DNA of 49,727 nucleotides. Origin: Bacillota bacterium. Lineage in GTDB: Bacteria; Bacillota; DULZ01. Below are positions 36,393 through 43,457 of this stretch, in pieces; the first letter of the stretch is position 1, and every line of letters starts with the position of its first letter. The DNA is taken from NCBI GenBank assembly GCA_041655595.1, contig JBBAFB010000003.1, positions 1 to 49,727 of the forward strand. Reading direction: 5' to 3'. The notes beneath the pieces are model-generated. The model saw only the letters and a program-made list of their open reading frames with translations, had not been told where the DNA came from and did no database searches. Both the position numbers and the translations under genes were made by a program.

Positions 36393-37658
36393 CTACTCCC
36401 TTATGCTAATATATGGGAAGTAAATACTAAATCTACTTCCCTTACCCAGTTCGCTGGATACATTTATGGTACCACCATGGTCGCCAATAATTTTTAAACT
36501 AACGGGTAAGCCCAAACCAGTGCCCAGGTCTCTGCTTTTAGTGCTAAAAAAAGGATCAAAAAGTTTAGCTATAGTTTCTTCTGTCATCCCCTCGCCAGTA
36601 TCTTCTATATCCAGCCTGTTCACCTTTAACTCCGGCAAGTTTCGGCAAACTATAAAAATATTTCCACCACGTGGCATGGCATCCCCGGCATTGGCGATTA
36701 GATTAACTAATACTTGTTGAAGCTGCTCCTTATTCCCTTCCACTACAATGGAATCCGGCAATTTTATTTTAAACTCAATCCCTTTTCTAAGAAATTGTCT
36801 TTTAAACCAATCAACAGTTTCATTCACTAAAGGTTTCAAATCAACCAACTCTGTTTCTGCAATGGGTGGCCTTGTAAAAGTAAGCAGTCCCCTTGTAATA
36901 TGACTGATTCTTTCTATATGTTTTTTTATAATTTCCAAATCTTTAACCAATTCGGGAGACAAACTACTACCCATCTCTAAAAATATTAACCCCAACCTTG
37001 CACTGATGACACCCACCGGGTTATTTATTTCATGCGCCAAATTTGCAGCCAGTTGTCCTGCCGCTGCTAGCCTTTCGGTTAGTATCATCTGATTTTGTGC
37101 CTTTTCTAATTCCTCAATACTTTCTCTGAGGGCCTCATTTAGCCCGCAAATTTCTTTATTGGCTTTTTCTAGGCTGTCCCTTTCTTCAGCTAAATTGTTT
37201 ATTAAACGATCCCTATGCAGGGTTGCGGCTAATTGATGTCCAATGGCCATGATAATTTCCATATTGGCTCTACTCAATTTTTCTTCCCCGGGGTTTTTTA
37301 AAGTTATTACCCCTAAAACTTCAGTTCCTGCAACTAGTGGTATGCAGACATGACAAAGGGAGTAACACTCTTTCTGAACCACACCACAACAGTGAGACCT
37401 TTTATCTGCATTAATAATAATTGGGAGCTGGTCATTATAAACCTTACATTGGTGTTTTTTATCAATGGTACTACAGACAAAATTGCCCCCATCTTGTAGC
37501 TTAATTTGGGACTTATAAGGACTAAATGCCTTATTTAATTCGTTTTTTGCTGCATCAAGCATTTCATCAATAGACAAAGGTAAAAAGCTGGTAATATTAT
37601 TAATTTTAATTAAAGCCTCCGTTTGCAAGTTCAGCTTCCTGTCAAGCAAAAACCTCAC
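36393..37658 (-). CDS. soluble sensor histidine kinase with a Cys-rich GAF-like N-terminal domain
   Basis: 421 aa with no TM helices. GAF-like region contains 7 Cys, including CC-x6-C-x3-C-x2-C. H-box LAHEINNPVG, N box NLIANAGDA, G boxes DTGEGM and GTGLGL. The start may be the TTG at 37628 (AGGAAG SD) rather than the GTG at 37658. Confidence 0.85.
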   Translation of the reverse strand: MRFLLDRKLNLQTEALIKINNITSFLPLSIDEMLDAAKNELNKAFSPYKSQIKLQDGGNFVCSTIDKKHQCKVYNDQLPIIINADKRSHCCGVVQKECYSLCHVCIPLVAGTEVLGVITLKNPGEEKLSRANMEIIMAIGHQLAATLHRDRLINNLAEERDSLEKANKEICGLNEALRESIEELEKAQNQMILTERLAAAGQLAANLAHEINNPVGVISARLGLIFLEMGSSLSPELVKDLEIIKKHIERISHITRGLLTFTRPPIAETELVDLKPLVNETVDWFKRQFLRKGIEFKIKLPDSIVVEGNKEQLQQVLVNLIANAGDAMPRGGNIFIVCRNLPELKVNRLDIEDTGEGMTEETIAKLFDPFFSTKSRDLGTGLGLPVSLKIIGDHGGTINVSSELGKGSRFSIYFPYISIRE

Positions 37659-38664
37659 CCTTTACCACTTTACCCATTATACTAATGTTTGCCGGATTTG
37701 CATTTAACGGGACTTCACACCCTGTACTTAAAATAAAACCTTTCCCTTTGCTCCCAATATCAAGCAAATCCTTACATTGTTTAGCTATATCTTCTGTCTT
37801 TAGATTAATTAGATCAAAAGGTTTAATGTTACCAGCTAAGGCGAGATCAGGTGCTAGATCCATACACTCTTTTAAAGAAACTTCATAATCAATTGTGGCC
37901 AAATCAACACCGCAATCTTTATAGTAAGGTATAATGTATTTTGTCCTACCCGTAATCATTAACCAATTTATTTTTGCACCTTCAAGACGAAAGTGAGAAA
38001 ATAGTTCCTTTAAGAGGGGGGCTACAAATTTGCGAAAAATCCGAGGAGGAATAATATTTTGCGAAGCGGTTGGTTCCATGATGATAATTATTGAAGCCCC
38101 CGACCTAATCAGGGCCTTTCCATAATCTTTGCAAACATGAAATGTTTGTCTTAACAAGCTTCGAAACTTATCTGGTTCATCTACTAATAAATACAGCAAT
38201 TGATCTAAACCCATTAGTTGTCCCGCAATGCTTGTCGGTCCAACCACACACCCAACCACCGGTATATCATCCTTCACATTTTCCTTTAAGATAGCACATG
38301 CTTTAATTACTTCCCGCATCCTGCCCGCTGTATAAGGATCGAATAACGGCAGGTCCTTGATCTTTGATAGACTAGAGAAAACAGGTCTTGTCACATAAGG
38401 GTAATCATTTTCAGGAAAATATGTTTTACAGCCCAGAACCTCCGCCTCTAGGGAGTTATCACCATAGGCAAAAACAGCATCATAGCCAAAGTGCTTTTGT
38501 GCCCTTAGTTGACAATCTGCCATTATTTCTCCGTTGTCCAAATAATCTTTGAGCCAAACCCCCTGAAAAATTGCAGCATAACCAAATACAAGCGGAATGC
38601 AAATACAATCAGTATGTTTTTTTTTGCCTTCAACCATTGCTATCATTTTTTGCAATACGGTCAT
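37642..38664 (-). CDS. UroD-superfamily MtaA/MtbA-like corrinoid methyltransferase homologue
   Basis: Start moved to the ATG at 38662-38664 (GGAGTG upstream). 340 aa. URO-D/MT2-A-like length and sequence, and it follows a corrinoid protein gene. Confidence 0.75.
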   Translation of the reverse strand: MTVLQKMIAMVEGKKKHTDCICIPLVFGYAAIFQGVWLKDYLDNGEIMADCQLRAQKHFGYDAVFAYGDNSLEAEVLGCKTYFPENDYPYVTRPVFSSLSKIKDLPLFDPYTAGRMREVIKACAILKENVKDDIPVVGCVVGPTSIAGQLMGLDQLLYLLVDEPDKFRSLLRQTFHVCKDYGKALIRSGASIIIIMEPTASQNIIPPRIFRKFVAPLLKELFSHFRLEGAKINWLMITGRTKYIIPYYKDCGVDLATIDYEVSLKECMDLAPDLALAGNIKPFDLINLKTEDIAKQCKDLLDIGSKGKGFILSTGCEVPLNANPANISIMGKVVKGEVFA

Positions 38665-38668
38665 AATG

Positions 38669-39349
38669 TTACACTCCTTCTTTCTTTCGAAGATAGTCAA
38701 TTACGTCAAAAGCAGTATTAGCAACAAAATCAACATTTAAGTCCTTAGGGTTTGATTGGCGGGTGGCACCACCCCCCGCTAAAACAAGGACACCTTCCAA
38801 ATCAATCGCACCTAATGCTGGCTTCACTTCCTTAATGTAATGCATGGTGGTAGTGATTAAACTGCTAATGCCGATATATTTTGCGCCTTCTTTTTTAGCC
38901 TCCATTGCAAAAACTTCCGGCTCGACATCCTTTCCCAAATCTACCACTCTATAGCCGGCCATTTTTAGTAAGATGGCCACTATATTTTTACCAAGGTCGT
39001 GAATATCCCCCTTAATGGTCCCTAAAACAAAAACCTCTTTACCTTTATACCAGGTATCTAAAGAAACACACTCCCCTTCACCTAAACGTGGACAAATAGA
39101 TTGTTCCATAACTTCCATAACAGCCCTGCCAGCCAATAATATTTCCAAAAGATTAAAATGGTCATTATTACATTTAACATCCAAAGAAACTAGGGCTTCA
39201 GTTAGGCCTTCCTCTACAACTTGACGCACATCAACACCTAGAGCCAGTAAGTTTTCCGCTACCCTGACCGCCTCGGTAGCCTGTCCATCTGCCACAAGGT
39301 CTGCTAGTCTTTTTATTTCATTTTTTCTTGAATCTTTTTTTGCTGCCAT
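38669..39349 (-). CDS. corrinoid (B12)-binding protein, MtaC/MtbC-like (cap + Rossmann domain)
   Basis: 226 aa. Base-off/His-on signature GDIHDLGKN ... SSLITTT ... LAGGGA. SD GGAGG 6 nt upstream. Confidence 0.85.
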   Translation of the reverse strand: MAAKKDSRKNEIKRLADLVADGQATEAVRVAENLLALGVDVRQVVEEGLTEALVSLDVKCNNDHFNLLEILLAGRAVMEVMEQSICPRLGEGECVSLDTWYKGKEVFVLGTIKGDIHDLGKNIVAILLKMAGYRVVDLGKDVEPEVFAMEAKKEGAKYIGISSLITTTMHYIKEVKPALGAIDLEGVLVLAGGGATRQSNPKDLNVDFVANTAFDVIDYLRKKEGV

Positions 39350-39453
39350 GAGGTACCTCCACGACTGACTAACGAAATTTGCGAGTGTTTCATCATTATT
39401 ATCAATATTTCTTCTTTTTTTACTTAAATCCTGCTATTCACAAACTTTGCACT

Positions 39454-39485
39454 AAAAAAACCTGCACCGCGATAGCGGTACAGGT
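39454..39485 (-). terminator. rho-independent terminator after metK
   Basis: Minus strand reads ACCTGTACCGC-TATC-GCGGTGCAGGT (11 bp, one G-U) followed by TTTTTTT. Confidence 0.85.
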
Positions 39486-39494
39486 TAAGCTGCT

Positions 39495-40679
39495 TTATTT
39501 ACCTATTGCTTGTTTTAATATCTCTACCTTATCAATTTTTTCCCAAGGAAGATCCAACTCCGGCCTTCCAAAATGACCGTAGGCTGCAACCTGTTTATAA
39601 ATGGGCCTTCTCAGGTTTAGATTTTTAATAATAGAGGCAGGTCTTAGATCAAAATATTTTTCGATCAACGTTACCAGTTCTTCATCCGACATAACACCGG
39701 TGCCGTAGGTTTCCACATCTATAGATACCGGTTTGGAAACCCCTATGGCATAAGCTAATTGTATTTCACACCTTGTAGCTAAACCTGCAGCCACAAGATT
39801 TTTTGCTACATAGCGAGCAGCATAAGAAGCGGAACGATCTACCTTTGTAGGATCCTTGCCGGAAAAGGCACCACCACCGTGGCGGCCATACCCACCGTAA
39901 CTGTCCACAATAATTTTTCTGCCGGTTAAACCAGCATCTCCTTGAGGTCCGCCCACTACAAATCGTCCAGTTGGGTTAATGTAATATTTTGTATCTTTAT
40001 CAAGCAGTTCCCCGGGGATTACCTTGTTTACTACCTCTTCGATTATATCCTGGCGAATCACTTCCAAATCAACTTCCGGGCTATGCTGAGTAGATATGAC
40101 TACAGCGTCAATCCTAACCGGTATCTCATCTTGATACTCCACTGTCACCTGGGCTTTTCCATCGGGACGCAAGTAAGGTAAAACCTGATTTTTTCTTAGT
40201 TCGGCCAACCTTTGACACAAGCGGTGGGATAAGGAAATCGCCAAAGGCATTAGCTCAGGTGTTTCATCGCTGGCGTAACCAAACATCATGCCCTGATCAC
40301 CGGCACCCAAACCTGCATCATCGCTACCTGCTTCCCCCAGCTTTACTTCTAAAGCTTGGTCCACCCCCAAAGCGATATCAGGGGATTGCTCATCAATGGC
40401 AGTTAAAACTGCACAGGTTTCTGCATCAAAACCATATTTAGCTCGGGTGTAGCCAATTTCCTTGGCCGTTTCCCTTGCTATTTTGGGAATATCAACATAA
40501 ATTTTTGTGGAGATTTCACCTGCAACCAAGATTAAACCGGTAGTTACAAAAGTTTCACAAGCAACGCGGGCCTCGGGGTCTTCAGCCAAAATTGCATCCA
40601 GAACCGCATCGGAAATCTGATCTGCTAATTTATCGGGGTGTCCCTCAGTAACTGATTCCGAGGTAAATAGCTTTTTCAT
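39495..40679 (-). CDS. metK: S-adenosylmethionine synthetase
   Basis: 394 aa. Canonical MetK motifs ([31 protein letters not shown]). Confidence 0.97.
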   Translation of the reverse strand: MKKLFTSESVTEGHPDKLADQISDAVLDAILAEDPEARVACETFVTTGLILVAGEISTKIYVDIPKIARETAKEIGYTRAKYGFDAETCAVLTAIDEQSPDIALGVDQALEVKLGEAGSDDAGLGAGDQGMMFGYASDETPELMPLAISLSHRLCQRLAELRKNQVLPYLRPDGKAQVTVEYQDEIPVRIDAVVISTQHSPEVDLEVIRQDIIEEVVNKVIPGELLDKDTKYYINPTGRFVVGGPQGDAGLTGRKIIVDSYGGYGRHGGGAFSGKDPTKVDRSASYAARYVAKNLVAAGLATRCEIQLAYAIGVSKPVSIDVETYGTGVMSDEELVTLIEKYFDLRPASIIKNLNLRRPIYKQVAAYGHFGRPELDLPWEKIDKVEILKQAIGK

Positions 40680-41912
40680 TTAGTCACTCTCCTTATTCGT
40701 GATGAGGTTGTTTAAAGATTTAAAACCAGGCAAGCCTTCAATTGTATCAAAGATGCGGTGAGCCAGTGCTTCCTTTGGCATTAATGGAATTTCCTCACAG
40801 CTCCCATCGGGAAATAGGAAAGTAACTAAATTTGTATCAACATTAAAACCGGCATCTTTACGAGTCACATCATTGGCAATTATAAAATCTAGCTTTTTGT
40901 TTTTTATTTTTTGGGCAGCGTTTTGCAATAAATCATCGGTTTCTGCGGCAAAACCTACTAAAACCTGTTGTGCCTTATTTTGGCCAAGCTCTTGGAGTAT
41001 ATCAGGGTTTCTAGTAAGGACCAACTCTAAAATGTCAGCCTGTTTTTTAATTTTTTGCCGGCTTGGATCAGCTACCCTATAATCTGCCACTGCTGCGGCC
41101 TTAATAACTATCTCAGCATCAGCAAAATGTTTTAAAACCAGGGTGCGCATTTCTTCCGCTGTACGGACACTAAAGTAATTTATTCCCGGAAAGGGAGTTA
41201 AATTGTTTGGCCCGGAAATTAAGACCACCTCCGCACCCCTAAGTTTGGCCGCCTTTGCTAGTGCAAAACCCATTTTTCCGGAACTCCTGTTGCCGATATA
41301 GCGAACAGGATCAATGGCCTCTTGGGTTCCACCCGCCGTTACCAACACCCTTTTGCCTATTAAACTCTTGGGAGCAAAAAGGGCGCTTTCGATTGCCGCC
41401 AGTAGTGTTTCTGTTTCCCCCAACCTTCCCGGCCCTACCACTCCGCAAGCAAGGCGTCCACTGTCGGGCTCAATAATCTTTACCCCTCTTAATTTTAGTA
41501 TCCTTAAGTTTTCCTGAGTAGCAGGATGAAGGTACATATTAGAATTCATAGCCGGAGCCAGCAACATTTTTTTGTTATAGGCTAAAGCTGTGGAGGTCAA
41601 TAAGTTATCAGCAAAACCAAAGGCCAATTTAGCAATTGTATTTGCGGTTGCAGGTGCTATAACTAGCAAATCAGCTTCCTCTGCTAAGGTAATATGAGAA
41701 ATAGCTGTTTTTGAGTCGCCTTTAAATTCATCGGACCAGACGGGATTACCTGTTAGGGCTTGAAAGGTTAAGGGGGTTACAAACTCCCTTGCTTTATCGG
41801 TCATAATCACATGGACACTCGCCCCAAGCTTAACCAAACGGCTGGCTAATTCGCACAATTTGTAAGCAGCTATGCCTCCGGTTATTCCTAATACAATTCT
41901 TTTTCCTTTCAC
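40680..41912 (-). CDS. coaBC: bifunctional phosphopantothenoylcysteine decarboxylase / phosphopantothenate-cysteine ligase
   Basis: 410 aa. Flavoprotein N-terminal domain (GITGGIAAYK) plus DFP/CoaB C-terminal domain (AAVADYR). Confidence 0.95.
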   Translation of the reverse strand: MKGKRIVLGITGGIAAYKLCELASRLVKLGASVHVIMTDKAREFVTPLTFQALTGNPVWSDEFKGDSKTAISHITLAEEADLLVIAPATANTIAKLAFGFADNLLTSTALAYNKKMLLAPAMNSNMYLHPATQENLRILKLRGVKIIEPDSGRLACGVVGPGRLGETETLLAAIESALFAPKSLIGKRVLVTAGGTQEAIDPVRYIGNRSSGKMGFALAKAAKLRGAEVVLISGPNNLTPFPGINYFSVRTAEEMRTLVLKHFADAEIVIKAAAVADYRVADPSRQKIKKQADILELVLTRNPDILQELGQNKAQQVLVGFAAETDDLLQNAAQKIKNKKLDFIIANDVTRKDAGFNVDTNLVTFLFPDGSCEEIPLMPKEALAHRIFDTIEGLPGFKSLNNLITNKESD

Positions 41913-41960
41913 TTTTTCGCCCCCACCCCTGCCAAATAAAATTTCCCACCGGGAATCTAG

Positions 41961-42146
41961 TTATGGTTTTTGGAATTCTATCTTGTTTTCGGCAATCTCA
42001 AATAAAGCTTGAGTAACCGGCTTAATAACTTCATCTTTATCATTATGTTCTTCCGTAATCTGCCGTGCCCTTTTGGCTGCAATTACTACTAAGCTATATT
42101 TGCTTTTCACCTTTTCCATTAAAATTTCAAGACTTGGCTGCTGCAA
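41961..42146 (-). CDS. rpoZ: DNA-directed RNA polymerase subunit omega
   Basis: 61 aa. SKYSLVVIAAKRARQI core motif. TTG start with AGGAGG upstream. Confidence 0.85.
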   Translation of the reverse strand: MQQPSLEILMEKVKSKYSLVVIAAKRARQITEEHNDKDEVIKPVTQALFEIAENKIEFQKP

Positions 42147-42192
42147 TCCTTTTAACCTCCTTTTATCGCCTGATCATTTTTATTTGCCTTTA

Positions 42193-42474
42193 TTAATCTA
42201 GATTTTCTTCGCTATTTAGTTGATTTGCCTGTTCCTTAACAACTAATCTATTGGCAACAGTTTCGGGCTGGACTGCAGATAATATCACATGACCGCTATC
42301 GGCCATGATTACAGCTCTTGTACGGCGACCGTAAGTAGCATCAATCAACATGCCCCTATCCCTTGCCTCTTGAATACTTCTTTTGATGGGGGCTGATTCG
42401 GGACTGACAATGGCAATAATTCGATTTGCGGACACAATATTACCGAAACCAATATTAATTAATTTTATTTCCAT
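42193..42474 (-). CDS. remA: RemA/DUF370-family regulator
   Basis: 93 aa. Near-identical to the RemA core ([27 protein letters not shown]...[12 protein letters not shown]). Confidence 0.85.
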   Translation of the reverse strand: MEIKLINIGFGNIVSANRIIAIVSPESAPIKRSIQEARDRGMLIDATYGRRTRAVIMADSGHVILSAVQPETVANRLVVKEQANQLNSEENLD

Positions 42475-42507
42475 AAAAATTCCCCTTCTCTATGTATTTA
42501 TTTCACT

Positions 42508-43374
42508 CTATTCCAAGTTCTGTACTTGTTCCCTAATCTTCTCTAATTCGCTTTTCAGTTCAACAACCTTTTGGCTAATTTCCAAGTCGTGAGATTTTGA
42601 ACCAATTGTGTTTACCTCCCGGTTTAGTTCCTGAAGCAAAAAATCTAATTTCCTGCCCACCGCCTGATCAGATACTAGGGATTGTAATAATTGGTTGAGA
42701 TGGCTGTTAAAGCGGGTAAGCTCCTCTGTAATATCGCTTTTTTCAGCCATAATGGCAATTTCCATAGCCACCCTTTGTTCATCAATAGGAATTTCCTTTA
42801 ATAAAATCTCCAGCCTTTCCTGAAGTTTTTCCCGGTAAATCTTCACTAGATCAGACGATCTTTGACCAACAGAATCCGCTATTGTTATTAATCTTTCCCT
42901 GCACTCCGCCAAGGAGCTTGCCAATTGCCTCCCCTCAACCTCTCGCATCTTGACCAGATCATCCACGGCATCCCTTGTGGCTGTTGCCGCACCTTCCCAA
43001 CAAAGTTCCGGATCAAGTTCCTGCTCCTCAATGGAAAAAACATTAGGCAGTTGAGAGATTTCAAAAAGGCTGATATCTAGTGATATTTGAAGTGTTTCGC
43101 TCAATTCCCTCAAAGAATCATAATAAGCGATTGCTAAACCTTTGTCAACTTTCACGACCTTATTACTTTCTTCAATATCCTCTACATTCAGGTAAACATC
43201 TACCCTACCTCTATCAACTTTTTCTTTAATTAATTCCTTAATTCTTTCTTCAAATAAATTAAATTGCCTTGGTAATCTAATAGAAATTTCTAGAAACCGG
43301 TGGTTAACAGATTTCATCTCCACGTTAAACTGTTTTCCCTGGGCTTGTCCTTGCCCCCTGCCATAGCCTGTCAT
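42508..43374 (-). CDS. yicC: YicC/YloC-family endoribonuclease
   Basis: 288 aa. MTGYGRG N-terminus and C-terminal DUF1732-like helices (EITEELTRFNSH, LLQELNREVNTIGSK). Confidence 0.85.
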   Translation of the reverse strand: MTGYGRGQGQAQGKQFNVEMKSVNHRFLEISIRLPRQFNLFEERIKELIKEKVDRGRVDVYLNVEDIEESNKVVKVDKGLAIAYYDSLRELSETLQISLDISLFEISQLPNVFSIEEQELDPELCWEGAATATRDAVDDLVKMREVEGRQLASSLAECRERLITIADSVGQRSSDLVKIYREKLQERLEILLKEIPIDEQRVAMEIAIMAEKSDITEELTRFNSHLNQLLQSLVSDQAVGRKLDFLLQELNREVNTIGSKSHDLEISQKVVELKSELEKIREQVQNLE

Positions 43375-43457
43375 GCTCTTTACTGCATAAATGTCCCTCC
43401 GCCTCCTTATCGTTTTAATAAATAGTATCGCTTGTTGCCTGCATATTTATTTCTGTT

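Noticed and set aside
39350-39453. Cobalamin riboswitch or sigma-54 promoter upstream of the corrinoid operon. S-box or B12 leaders upstream of metK and metH were also considered.
   Set aside because: The intergenic spaces are too short (about 100 nt, 0 nt and 34 nt). No GG-N10-GC element or B12-box-like sequence was seen. Only weak sigma-A-like hexamers are present, so no call was made.
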